DNA of 64,000 nt, taken from the NCBI GenBank assembly GCA_003427395.1, contig BFEA01000005.1, positions 1,562,839-1,626,838 of the forward strand, written 5' to 3'. Each line of letters opens with the position of its first letter. Position 1 is the first letter of the stretch. The DNA is from Chara braunii (lineage: Eukaryota; Plantae; Charophyceae). A program made the translations under genes and the position numbers. The notes below the pieces were generated by a model. That model did not search any database and was not told the origin of the DNA. It worked only from the letters and a program-made list of their open reading frames with translations. Positions 24,783-38,085 of this stretch are shown one piece after another.

Positions 24783-27071
24783 CAGGTTAGGGAGACAAGG
24801 TCCGGAAGACAACGCAGGTCGGGAACACAAGCTCGGCACACCATGTATTGTAATGAATATTGGAGAAGGAACGAATCCGATAAGGGGGAATAAAGTTGGC
24901 AATAAACGTAACCTCTCTCCCAAAGCACCCATGCTATCCCAAACGACCTCCTTTTACGTAACCCCGTTCCAAGAAGTCATATTCTCTACCCCCTTTGCTC
25001 CTATCTCATCAAAGTCGCCCAAGCAAAAGAGGAGAGGAATAGTGAGGTCATCAACGGTTTGACCGACCTCGATCGCTAGGAATGACTCTTCCTGGAACCA
25101 CGACCTTCGAGGCTGGCTGGGGAGAGGGCGGTACGCCGCATAGCCCCATTTATGGAGGTGGTGCAATATTATCGTGGAGGAGCCAACGCCTACTTCTGAG
25201 ATCCGGGCCTCGTGCCTGAGCAAGGAGAACAGGTACCATGGACTACATCATAGCAGTCGGGACTCAGATAGGCTGGGGAAAATATTTTACCTTCTTTGAA
25301 TTCTTTGTGGACGGATGACTGACTTAGAATACCCAAGGCTGGCCGCAAGTAGGAGTCGCCTCGATCAAGGTCGATTGGAGCCAAAAGAAGTTTCGATCCC
25401 AATGAGAAACTTATACGAACAAGAAAGTGAGCCCTGTCGTGCAACGACAAAGGGTAAACGTGGACAAATGAGGTACGTATGACTCTATCCCATGGGGCCC
25501 TGAAAAGACTAAGGGGCGTATAGGACCACAAATCAAACATACGGAAGAAAAATTATCGTTTTTTTTAACAACGCATAGCAAACAAAGTGTGACACGCCTT
25601 GATTAATTAACACATAAATCCGATGTCAATTGAATGTTCGCACAAACATGCAACTTGATCGTTACATTTATATCTACATTAACAAATACGTTCCGGTGTC
25701 AATTAATTAACCTTCAATTCCCTCGACATGAGCATTAAAAAGAAAAAAACATAAACTGATCCTTTTGTTCTCTTTCTCTTTTCGCTTGGTGTTGTGACAA
25801 CTTTGTTTATGCTTGGAATACTTTTTTTTTTTTTTTTTTTTTTTTTTACTTGACGCTATATCCTTGTTCTTATTATGATAATTACATCTATATATATGCA
25901 TGTTCTAAGATATATTTTATTCATCCCGATTTTCTATATGTATCGCATTCCTCATATCATTTAATTTATATGTTATAGTCATGTAACAATACATACACAC
26001 ACGCCCGTTCATATGGCAGGGACGAAGGTGTACGTGAGGGTTCAACCAATAGTAATTTATCTACCGTTCCAAACTCCTTTTCATCTGGGGATAGGTCCTT
26101 GCATGTTCCGTGGAAGCGTCGCAAACACCTTCAGCGTTATGAAGGACTTGTTATCGATCCTTTATTGTTTTCTGCAACGATACAAGAGTGTGATCAATCT
26201 CTTGCCATTGATTCTGGTCAAGTCGGTTTCTCTTCGTTACACCATGTTTCTTTTTCGTCGAACGATGCATTGGGATTGCATATAGGTTTAAATATTACTC
26301 CCTGTCGCTCTACGACTGAAACTCGGATGTCATCACAACACGAACACCGCAAACGTGGACGACCACCTTTCCAGAGTCGTCGAAGTCGAATGTCTTTAGT
26401 ACAAGCGATAGGTGCTGAGGGTGATGAGACTGTTCGCATGAGAGATAAACAACCAATGGTAACTCAAGATCGTGACCCTGATTGTTGTATCGAAAAACAA
26501 TGTAGTTAGGGTTAGGTCTTTATCTTTTCGACAACCAATTCCGTTGGTGGATGATATCGCAAGCCCTGTGTTCTTTAATCAAAGGAGTCAAGGAAATGTT
26601 GATGTTTGTACCGGTCTGATTAGTTGCCATCGAAATATCTCTATGACCTTGCAAAGTGCACGCCCTGTTGAAATTGGTACGGATATTGCAGTACACATAA
26701 ATTATGTTCTGATGGTCGAACGAATCTTTTTAATCGATAGTTTTCCTTTCCATTCGCCACGTGTACACGATGGTTCGTCATCGAGGTTCATAGAGGATGT
26801 CCGACAAAGATGTGTGGAGCCTAACCTTTGTCCTCCCGTGACAACTGTTCATGCACGGTCATGCTCTTCTACCATGACCCTACCAAATCCGCCGAAAGCA
26901 ATGGTTAGAAAGTTTGTTGGATTTCATAATCGTCGGAGGAGATTATTATTATTGAAACCGATTCATTCAAGACGTAACAGACAGTATCGTATGTTGCGCC
27001 TTTGAGAACTACGTGCCGCTAAAGTCGTGCGTCGTTTGGAACTTGGATCGTTGTTGTCGATGCCTTAGCGT

Positions 27072-30000
27072 GTGTTGCCCGACTTTGATGTAAATACGAT
27101 AATTGTTGAAAGTACTGTGGACGTTGGTGGTGGAACGGAACAAGTCGATACGATGAATTCCAATGAACCAGGTTCTACATCACGTAGAATTTCAACCCGA
27201 AAGAAAAGTCAGGAGAGAAAGACGAACTTTCATGTTAAACATATGCGTGCATTGAGAGTTGTGATTAACAATTGTAAGTGGAAAAAAAATGTGTATGCTC
27301 ATAAATATTTTGTGCGGGGTGTGAAGCGAAATTTGCTTGCTATGAATGTCCTTCGAGAGATTCGAGCGACTGCCTCTGGGCAGTCGAGAAGTGCATCTTC
27401 AACTTCGAAAGAAACGTGTAGTCATTGTTACCGGCCGAGGCAATCACGGAGTCTATCATCGAGAGCAAGACAATCACATAATCCATCCGTTACAATTCGA
27501 AATGTAATGAACAATCGTGAACATCGTGGGCCGAATAGCCGCGATGAGGAAATGAATGATTCGCATGATGCTCCGCCTGCTGATGTGAATGCACTCCCAT
27601 TTGCACCCGTCGCACCATATGTAGCGTTTGAGAACACTGTGACAATTCTTGGGAATGCTACCACGGTTGAGGCGTTCGACATTGGTGGTCGACAACCATG
27701 TAACTATTGCGGTGCTAAATTAAGGCATCACGAAAAAAATTGACAAAGATATGCGGCAGAAAAGGTGCGAGACGTTGTCCTCTGTGGGAGTGACATTACG
27801 AAGGGTCTCCGAAGCATGAGATTCTTTTCATTTGGACGTCTTAGGTTCCTGACGGCCGATTCGTTCGAAACAATGCAAGGATAATCAATAGTAATTTATC
27901 TCTCGGATCCTCACGGTTGAAGCAACTAAGCGATGGTTCGTTCGAAACAATGCAAGGATAATCAATAATAGTTTATCCCTCCCATCCTCACTGTTGAAGC
28001 AACCGAGCGATGGTGTTCAAGGATTCCAGGGCCAACTTCAGGCTCAAGGTCCGATCTATCATCGTGTTGGTGCATTGGTTGTGGAGGAAGGGGAACGTCC
28101 TCAGTTTGCATAACTTTACTTGCACGATCCTCAACATTTGCATGATGCGATTGATTAAAGAGTAAATTTTCTTAATTTACTTACACATATGTTTAATGCC
28201 GAACTGAAGCGAATGAAACAAATATTGAGAAGGTTCCACGAATTGCTACAACGTTGTAACAATTACGTGAGGGGCTTTATGACGATTGTTGACCTACCGC
28301 CCGAAGCGTTAAACGGGAGGAAGTTGGTCATAAGTCCAGAAACCATCACAAATGGTTAACGGGGACCTTCATTTTCAAGCCCTTGGTAACGAGTCAAAAA
28401 CTGAAATTAGGGTGTCGGGGTCAAATTTTAAGTTTTTTTGTTTGTTTTTTTTTTTTGCCTTTCTTGTTTTGGTTCAAGGTTAGTGTGTGCCAAATTTTGT
28501 GTCATTTGGAGAACTGGAATTTCCTCTGTTAAGATTTCTAAAATTTCTCAAGATTTCTAAAATTGAGATGTTAGCGAAATGTCATGAAAATGCGTTTTTG
28601 CCTTTCTGTTTTATATGTTTTTTATTTTTTTATTTTTTATTTTGTTTTGCAGTTAGTTAGTATGGTCTCCACTCTACAATTTGGTGACAAGTTTGATTAA
28701 AATGACCCTTTGGTTTTCATATAAATGGTATGACAAGTGGTCTGAAAATTAGGGTCTCCGTTAACCTTATCTCGAAGTCATGCCTGCGGAGGAATATAGA
28801 AGGTGTTATAACCGTCCTACGGGTCTGCAGGAGGTGTGTGTTCTCATGGTCGATGACCTTCTTCCTCGTGAGCTCGAGATTCGTTTGCGTGCTCCTCTTC
28901 GGGGTGAGTGGCAAACAGATGTGGTTCTAGAATGTTCCCGAACACATGACTGCTTGAGGTTTGTTTTGTTTTTCATGAAGGGAATTTGATAGTTGGTCTG
29001 CCTTGCGTGCCGCAGAAGCTCGATGGCAGCCAGAACTTAGTGCCAAGAAGTACTATACATTTCACCTTCACGAATGCGATGGTGAAAGACCTTGCCTCCT
29101 TTATGCAGCACGTCGTTTCCACGAGTTTTGTTGCATGACGTACACTGAGGTTGAATCCCTTCCTTAAAATTAGTAAGATTCCATCAGAAAGATTTTTTGT
29201 CGGAGTATTATCAGGATTTAGGAGATGTCGTTGAACAAAATCAACGTGGTGACGATGTTGGGACAAAAGTGGTTTTACCGTCAACACTGGGGTGCCCCGA
29301 TAAATGAGTGAAGGATGTCATGACAAAATGGCAATCGTGAGGCGATTCGGAAAACCGGGTTTTTTCATCACTATGAGCAACACTAACTGGTTGGAGATGA
29401 AACAAACCCTGTTTCCAGGTCAATGCCCTAACGACAGGTCGGATCTTCTAGCGAGAGTGTTCAAAGGTTATTGTGCACAACTCATCAATGGGATAAAGAA
29501 CAAACGGATATTTGGTAGGGTGAATGAAATGTTGTATGTTGTGGAGTTTCAAAAAAAGGATCTATCACATGCACATATATTGGTTATCTTGCATGCGTAT
29601 GATAAACTTCGGGATACGGATGCTGTTGACAATGTGGTGTGTGTCGCGATTCCTCCGAAAGGGGAATTGAGAGAAAGGGTTGCCAAGTTCATGTTGCACG
29701 CGATTTATAGTGCGGAGAAATGCGAGGCTTCGTGCACGGAGGACGAAGAATGGACAAAACAGTTCCCAAAAGACTTCATTTCGACAATAACATTCAAAGA
29801 CGAGCAAACGTAGGCTTCGTATAGAATAAGGAACCAAGTGATGGTGGTTTTACGACTGCTCAGAATAGTATCGTTTACGATAATCGTCGTGTGGTCCCGT
29901 ATAACCCTTACTTGCTGATGAGGTTTAATTGCCACTTAAATGTTGAATATTGTGCTAACATCAAGGCGTGCACGTACGTGTATAAGTACGTATACAAAGG

Positions 30001-32360
30001 GTATGATCGTGCTATGGTTTACGAGCAAGATAGTAATGCGTCCATCGATGAAGTCAAATCGTATCAAGATATGCGTATTGTAGGTGCGTACAAGGCATGT
30101 TGGCGTCTATTTGAGTACGACCTATCAGAACAATGACCCTCGGTTGAAAGATTGCCCATGCATATTGAAAACATGCAAAAATTGCAATTCGAACCTGACA
30201 CTGAGCATGATGTTGTTTCTCATGGACCCCCGAAAACGAAATTGACGGCGTGGATGAAACACAACTCTTTGAATGAACATGTTCCTAAAGAGGAGCTTCC
30301 TCTGTGTGCAGAGATCATTAATACTCATGTATGAGACAACAAACATAAGAAGTGGAACTGAAGAAAGCGTGATCTTCACGGTAGTCCCTTTGAAAAAGTC
30401 TCTCGGTTACATCATGTGAAAATCCCTGAAGGGGAATGATTGTATATGTGTGTGTTGCTAAACCATGAACATTCTCGTGGGGTGCGCTCTTTTGCCGAAA
30501 TTCGTACGATGCATAGAGTCGAATACGATTCTTTCCGATCCGTGTGCCTTCGATTAGGCTTTTTGCAAATCAACGATATATACGATCAATGCATAGAGAC
30601 AGTCGCAGGGCATTATATGCCTCAAGAAGTTCGTAAAGTATTTGCTATGGTTCTCACCTTTGGTCCAGTGAACGATCCAGTTCATTTCTTTGAACGACAT
30701 TGGAATAAGATGTGTGACGATTTTCAGTATCGAGAAGATAATGAAATGGTTCCCCCAAACATTTTGCAATCGTTAGTATTATTTCATCATGACCGCATTT
30801 TGCAACATACTGGAAAAAACATCCGCTAGTTGTGCCTTTATTATTCAACACCCGACGGGGAAACAATTGTTGAGAATATAATGAGACATTATGAGAACAG
30901 AACGGTGTTGCCAATTCTAAACGACGGGTTGTAGTATGATCCGATTCAAATGTAACGTAGATATGACTCTAATTTTCGGTATTTTCAGCCACGCCAATGA
31001 GTGTTGGTGGAAAAAGTTGTTCGGGTTGTGCGAGAGAAAAGACCGTTGCGTACTTTTGTCGATGCACTGGCTGGAACAGAAAAAACTTTTTGCATTGAAA
31101 CAATTTTGGCGGGCATGAGGTCCCGTTCTGCCATTGGATTGACCGTGGCGTCGAGTGGCATAGCGACTGGCATAGCGACGACTCTTTGGACAGGGGGTCG
31201 AACGTTTCACTCACGATTCCGGACACCTTTGAAATGTGACAACACGCGTTCCTTCTCAATTCCGAAACAAAGTGATATTGCGGAGCTTATCCGCCGTGTC
31301 GACTTGAATGTTTGGGATAAGGCTCCAATGAGTAACAAGTTCCACTTGGAAGCTCTTGACATTACGCTTCGGGACATCTGTAACAATGATGAAACGTTTG
31401 GTGGGAGGAAAATTTTACTTCTTGCTGGGGATTTTAGACATGTTTTGCCCGTTGTGAAACACGGATCGCCAGCGCAACAAATTGATGGGTCCATCAAAAT
31501 GTCTCCTTTATGAAAAAAATTTGAGGTTCATGAAATGACTAAAAATATGCGAATCTTAAGTTTGGGTGATGATGAAATGGTACGAATGTATGCCCATTTT
31601 TTTATGCGTGTTGGGAATGGTGACCATCCTCGTGTTGTTCCTAATGGACCAACTGCAGTCAGATTGTCACGTGAGATTTGTACGGATAAACCGCTCGATG
31701 AGTTGATTTCATGGACGTTTGACGATGTGTTGAACCACATGGGGGATGCCGAGTATTTCTCGCCTTGATTAATTATATGCCCTACTAATGACGATGTCGG
31801 TTCTGTTAACAACTGTGTTCTTGACGATTTCACTGAAGAGGTGCGTGAACTTTTCAACGTTGATTATCCTGATTCGGATGGTACCAAACACGGTATTTAG
31901 CGAGAGTTTTTAAACTCTCTCAATGAATCAAACCTTCCACCGCACAAGATGCGTTTGGAAATTGGTGCGCTCGTGATGCTTTTGCAAAATTTGTCGTCGA
32001 AGCAAGGACTTTGCAACGGTACAAGGCTGATTTAAAAAAAAATTGTTAATGATGATTTGTTGGAAGTTACAATAATGTGCACGGATAAGACACCATCGAT
32101 CCCCAAGATTGATCTGCCAAGCGATGGTGAGACCACCGGGTTGAAATGGTGTAGGAAACAATTTCCAGTCCGTCTTGTTTTTGCTGTAACGATTAACAAG
32201 TCCCAGGGACAAACCGTATCGCGTGTGGGGGTTTGGCTGAGCGCATGGTCAACTGTATGTTGCTTTGTCGTGTGTTGGCCATCTCAACAACATCCGTGTT
32301 GCGTTGCCTGATAAAAAAAAATTCACAAAGAATATTGTATAATATGAACTTTTGGGAGGA
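27072..32360 (+). pseudogene. Helitron RepHel (HUH Rep endonuclease + PIF1-type SF1 helicase) with many stops and frameshifts
   Basis: CNYCGA Zn knuckle; RRCYNRPT; FFITM..NW; VVEFQKKDLSHAHIL (HUH); VPYNPYLL..CHLNVE..YVYKYVYKG; DALAGTEKTF (Walker A remnant); GGRTFHSRF; WDKAPM; FGG..LAGDFRHVLPV; TKNMR; RKQFPVRLVFAVTINKSQGQT. Confidence 0.95.
28347..28773. mobile_element. MITE-like insertion splitting the Helitron Rep region
   Basis: Inverted ends GGTTAACGGGGACC / GGTCTCCGTTAACC; AT-rich interior; the Helitron reading KLVISPE|VMPAEEY resumes after it. Confidence 0.8.
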
Positions 32361-32429
32361 CTTGTTAAAAAAAAAAAAAAAAAAAAATTGAGCCTTCGCA
32401 TTCCGATTAATTTTATCATTTTCTTTCTT

Positions 32430-34240
32430 TGAAGGCGATTCCCGAATGAACCATAAATATGATACTTGTGCTAAGAGGAAAGCAATGAGAACCAGCAATA
32501 CCACTTGAGATTATCCGAATGTTACGTTAAAAGTTGGAGCGGAATATTCGGAGACATCAAGAAAAAGTAAAAATAATGAGAGATCGGTCAATCTTGGAAG
32601 TGAACGTGCTCAGGACGATCATGTTGTTTTTGGCGAAGCCGAACTTGCATGTTCGGAAGGGAATACCCTTGATGATGCTGAAAACATGGTTATGGAGGGG
32701 GGGGGTGACGATTGTCGTGCTGATGGGGATGATTCGCGTAGAGGTCTGTCGGGTAGGCCTAATATCCTTATATTTTTTTATGACTAGGATGATAACGTTA
32801 CAGGTGATTCGAAAGAAGACTGTGTTGAATCTACGTTCAAGAGAAGAAAGAGTCGTGGTACGAAAACTAATCTTTTGGGTTCCCCTGAAGTGTTGGAGCC
32901 TACCTTGGCTGATAATCGGGCGGAATGAAAAACTGTTGTTGTTGAAACGGAAACTCGTATTGTGAGCGCTGAATGCGCTCCCCGACGATGCACTTGCATC
33001 TCTTCTGTTTTGTGGACGGGTCACTGGACGTGCACGTGTTCGTGATCCGTGTTCGCAATCTCAACGCAGTGGACGAGAAAGAGATGTTTATGCCACATCG
33101 CAACCACAAAATCCTTCGGGGGTTGTTGTGGTGCCTGATGACAACGATGCACCTAGAGTCCGCACTCCGAATCCCCGCGCTTACCTTACCAGATGGTTTG
33201 ACGGTGCGAAGAAGGTTGACATGCAAAATGTCTAGACTGAGGTGTTTTTTGAAATGTTTGTCAAAAGTGTCACAGTCGTCAAAGATGGACGAATATGGGA
33301 AAACTTCCTCGACTGGAAAAGAAACAAACTCACTGATATGCGGTTGGAACGACGATCCCCTCTTCCGTTAGACCCGGTGAATGTTTTGGATTTTGAGGCT
33401 TCTTCTATGTTGCAATCGCTTTTGAACGATGAGTTCATTACTCTCTCTAATGAGGAGATTACCAAAATGACAATTCATTTGCCACATTGTCCGACAGAAG
33501 GGATAATTTCTCAGCCCTTTCACAGATATGCACGGATACAAAACCTTCTCAAAAGGATTCCTCCCGTGGTTGCTTCTTCCGCTCCTCATTCCACTCCGGT
33601 CCGTAGAGTCTCTCTTCAAGCAGCATCTCCTCCAAATTTTGAACGTCTTGCGGATTTTGCTCCACCGTCGAATATGTCAACGTCAATTGTCACTACCTCT
33701 GTTGTTGTTTCTGCTTTGTCGGTCGCTACGGCTACTTCGTCTCTTTTCAGTTGTGTTGTGGCCGCTGCTACACTATCAACAAAACATATGCATATCCATA
33801 CAGGACCCTTGGGACAACCGAATTCTTCTAATTTTAACATTTTCATGTATGACTCTCTTGAATCTATTGGTAAAAAAAAGACACTTGCGCACATGTCTCA
33901 TCTTGACAGGTCTCACAGGTTTCAAGATATTGTAAAAACAGTAGAGGAATTGAATACGAGCATTAACACTTGAAGGTGTGTGGATGTTGTAATTCATTTC
34001 GATTACAATTGACAAGGACATGGTCGATTCGGAATTTTCGAGGAGGATCGTCACAAAGTGTTGCAACGAGTTTCTGTTCGTGAGGTGTTGCAAGAGTATC
34101 GTTCCAGCGAAGGAAGTTGATTTTTCTTATGAGAGATATAAGAAGAGACAGATGTTCATTGGACGGTCGTCCAACCCTTGCCTAACTGACAAATTTTTAG
34201 ATAGTCATCTTCAGTTTCAGTTACGTGATTGCCCCTACAA
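32430..34240 (+). pseudogene. Decayed second ORF region inside the Helitron, unknown product
   Basis: Series of + strand ORFs (243 aa at 33242-33973, 100 aa at 34020) between the helicase and the 3' end; no recognised domain. Confidence 0.4.
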
Positions 34241-34538
34241 GAGACATGGGAGGAGAGAGACAAACAAATGGGAAAAGAGAGAGAGAGAGAAAAAAAAAAA
34301 AAAAAAAAAAAAACTTAAATAATTTTGACGTAATATTAATGCGTTTTTTTAAGTCGGCGTTGATTCTACTACGTGATAATTGTGCTTTGATCATACTGCG
34401 GCCACTTGCTTACTGTAACATAATGGAAAATCTTCATATGAGTTTTTTTTCCATTGTATAATTGTGTTCGTCTTCCTTTATTCTTTGCTCTTTTGTTGCT
34501 CCCCTCTCTCTCTGTCTGTTATTATATATATATATATA

Positions 34539-35354
34539 TAGGGTAACCGGCATTCGGGACGGGCTGAACGCCCGAACCCGAACGCCCGAACATATGGGAC
34601 CCCTTGGGGATGCGTTCAGCCGTTCGGGCCAAACGCGGACCCAAANNNNNNNNNNNNNNNNNNNNNNNNNNNNNNNNNNNNNNNNNNNNNNNNNNNNNNN
34701 NNNNNNNNNNNNNNNNNNNNNNNNNNNNNNNNNNNNNNNNNNNNNNNNNNNNNNNNNNNNNNNNNNNNNNNTAAACAAGATTTGCCTGAGAATTACATCC
34801 GAATCCCTTACCAAATTTCAAATAAAAATAAAATACGAAAAACCAATACTAATAATAAAAATAAATAAAAATAAAAAAAGAATTAAATTTAGTGAGTGCG
34901 CGAGCATGTTTTCGACACCGCCATCTTTGGCGATTTTTCTTTTTTTTTTGGCATAGCTAAATGCCCTGAAAATTTACAGATGTGTACTTCACATAATACA
35001 AAACCCACAAAAAGTTTCAAAAAATAATAAAATTGTTTAGACCCCGAACTAAAGTGAAAACAAAAAGTAAAAAGTGAAAAAATACGTGGGCGAGCACGTT
35101 TTGACACCGCCATCTTTGGCGATTTTTAATTCTTATTTGGCTTAGCCAAATGACTTGAAAATTTATAGGCATGTACCTCACGTCATAGAGAACTCACAAA
35201 CAAAAATTCAGAAAAAGATTATTAGTTTTAGGCCCCGAAATAAGTTTTGGCGGGGGCCGAACGTCGTCGGGTTTGGACCCCGTACGGGACCCCGAACACC
35301 CGTACGTACGGAGGTCTGCCCGGGGACCTTCGTACGTGCGGGCTGATAACCCTG
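34539..35354. mobile_element. Non-autonomous hAT-type element in a (TA)n tract
   Basis: Termini TAGGGTAACC / GATAACCCTG; TATATATA on both sides (8-bp TSD); subterminal CCCGAA repeats. Confidence 0.8.
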
Positions 35355-35460
35355 TATATATATATCAAAAAATAAATTTATCTCTCTCCCTCTCTCTCTC
35401 TCTCTCTATCTATCTATCTATATATCTATCTCCCGCTCTCTCTTTCTCTCTCTCTCTGTC

Positions 35461-35491
<31 letters not shown>

Positions 35492-37624
35492 CTTTTTCTT
35501 TTTTTTTCTCTCTCTTTGTCTCTCTGTCTCTCCTCGCCTTTTCTCATGCTTTTTTTTTTTTTCTTTTCTATTTGTCACTTTTTTTTTAATTTGTGAATTA
35601 AACTTAGACTTTGTAGCCTGTTTTAGGCTATTCCTTATTATCCTGTAATTCGTTGTTTTTTTTTTTTAAGTCTGTCTTAGTTTATGCAAATGGTCCGTGT
35701 CAGGTTGGCTACAACATTTCTTATTTCTGCGGGCATGGCCCGCACCGCCTGCACTGCGGGTGCTTTGCCAGTAATAATAATAAGAATGAAAAAGAGAAGT
35801 GAACTGGTCTAGTACTCAACTCTTCTTTGCTTTTTGTTTTCTTTTCTCTTCCTTCCTTTACTTCCCTTAACACGACTTAAGGGTACTTTAGTGTGCAGTT
35901 GAAAAGACCGCGCCGGTCCTCCTACCTTCGCGTCCCTGGGCGAGCCCGACGGCTACCATTGCCATAGGTCGGTCATGGTCTGTTGTACAGCAGAACGCCG
36001 AGCCTGCATGGACCAATGGAAAGTCCAGTGGCGCACCCATCCTTTTGCCGGTGGTAGCAACGAAGGTGGAGGTTAGGCAGACCTTAGATACCGTGAGGGC
36101 TTACGAGCGAGCACAACACAATGTGGAGGTTAGGGAATATGTCTTCAGCGTGCAACGAAGGTGTGTAGGCAGGCACCTAATATGCATCGGAGCCTCCCTG
36201 ACTAGACATCTGATACGCAGTGGAGGGTCGGGACACCGAGCCCTCCGAAACGGACGCCATTCACCGTCTTCACTTGCTTCATGCTTGAGGCACTTCTTTC
36301 TAGTGTCCTGAGCGTGCCAAGGCTCATTTATCCTTGGCTTTGGCATCCCCATGCAGTCCGTTATTTTCCGGAGTGCAATAATGATTTTTTTTTTAGGCTC
36401 ATTGCCCTCCAACTTGCCCCAAACTAAAACAAATGAAGCAATCGATTTCCAGGTGCATCCGGGCTCAATATTGACCCCGGATGTACCTGAAACATGTGTT
36501 TTCCTCTCCTCTTGTAATTCGTTGCATCCCGGTTGCATGGGGTCTTGATTTTCTATGATTTTCTTAGTAAAATCTAAAGAAAATTATAACCAATTCACCC
36601 TTGGATGAATCCGGTCACACAAAAGCGTGAAGTTGGACTATTCTGTTTAGAAACAATGTCCAACTTCAGTCATAGATCCCAAGAAGAACAGGTAGACCAA
36701 ACCATTCTGCTTAGAAATGATTATTGGTTTCGCAAATCAGACATAGCAACCAGGTTATTCTGCTTAGAAACAATGTCCGGTCCTTCAAAAAATAAGCAAG
36801 AAACATAGCACTGTGTCATTATGCTTAGAAACAATGCTCAGCCTTTGGTCGACCCGGTCAAACACATGCAATACCACCTTCCTCTCACCTTTCCTTAGTT
36901 CATCTCTTAGTCGGATTTCAATCACAAAACAAGATTGAGATTCAGTCGCCCAGATCCAAGAAGGGTGCACTCAAACACGCGTGAGAGGACTTTGATTCCT
37001 TGAGCGCCTGAGGGCCCCGTAATGGCGACCACAACACAGTGGAGATGGTCAAACTTTGGCCAAAGTCCAGTGTAACGTTACTCTGACAGACCCCCGAATC
37101 GCAATAATATCTCCCTTGCAAAGTCTGATCACTCATTCAGTCACAGTGCCTCACCTCTTGACCAAACTGCAGCTACGCAACTTGGAAAGGACACATTCGA
37201 ATAAAGCACACCCCTTATGCTCTATTCGGAATGCGGGAAAGACGTAGCAAGAACATACCACGAAGCGCTCAGTAGCCGTGCGCGCTCACAAGCGCAATAG
37301 CTATGTACAACGCAATGCTAAAAAAAAAACAGTAAGGCACATTGTCGTGTAATGCAATATCTAGTGTGCACAGTGATGTAGTTGCAACATTTGGGTGCTT
37401 AGCAGCAACACAAGCTGCCCAATACCACAACAAACTGCCAGTGACAATTTCAACTTTCGCATCAGCAACAACGATTCTCTCTTTTCTCGGCGCTCAAACT
37501 TAACCCCACAGCGACTCGAAGCAAGTCGTGGACGTCAACGACAACAACCGAAGTATATACAGACTCCGCCCATGCAGACTACCGACAAAAACTAGGTGAG
37601 CCGCCTCACAGCTCTACAACGCTG

Positions 37625-37830
37625 CAGAAATCGATAGGCCGTACTCACATAATTTGTACTCATATTTGAACACAAACTCATAAGAGTCTTTGCTCTTTTT
37701 CTCCCTACGAGGTCTCTGTTCTCGTTGAGCTTATCATAGAACCGCTCCGTTATCTCTTACTCATATGTGCTGCCTAAGCCAAACTCCTCAGCTAACAAAA
37801 ATCAGATGAGCTTTTGTCCTTTGTGCCCAA
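37625..37830 (-). rRNA. Degenerate LSU rRNA fragment, domain V
   Basis: ATCGATAGGCC..TCTGTTCTCGTTGAGCTTATCATAG..CGTTATCTCTTAC..ATGTGCTGCCTAAGCCAAACTCC is the rc of GGAGTTTGGCTGGGGCGGCACAT..GAGCTCAACGAGAACAGA..GGCCTATCGAT. Confidence 0.9.
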
Positions 37831-37861
37831 GCTCGACAAATGATAGGCACTTCAACATCAC

Positions 37862-38085
37862 AACGGGTTTCCACTATGAGCTTCTTCTGGCCTCGAGCTG
37901 CTCGACATAGCTCACTGTCCTTTAGATACCTATACCCATAGGTGAGCTTACACTCAAACCTCTTAGAGTGATTCGTGGTTGGCGGATGGTGCACCCATAG
38001 AGCGCCCCCGCCACTCAGATCCTTCCTGCCTCGTAGGTGAGTGCATATTGAACTCCTCGGTCCGTGTTTCAAGATGGGCGAGATG
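37862..38085 (-). rRNA. Degenerate LSU rRNA fragment starting at the LR3/NL4 site
   Basis: CTCCTCGGTCCGTGTTTCAAGATGGG contains the NL4/LR3 motif GGTCCGTGTTTCAAGA (38059-38074); collinear similarity continues to CCACTATGAGCTTCTTCTGGC. Confidence 0.9.

Larger units (their letters stand above)
25887..35771 (+). mobile_element. Decayed Helitron (~9.9 kb)
   Basis: 5' A|TCTATATATA; 3' GC hairpin CGCCTGCA-C-TGCGGGTG then CCAG|T (decayed CTAG|T); internal Rep-helicase. Termini are inferred. Confidence 0.7.

Noticed and set aside
23292-25062. ORFs of 140-251 aa
   Set aside because: Low-complexity and microsatellite translations (poly-F/K, HT, CV, QT/DR repeats)
24954-25540. Minus-strand ORF pair as a gene
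   Set aside because: Short, frameshifted, no recognisable domain; cannot be supported without a search
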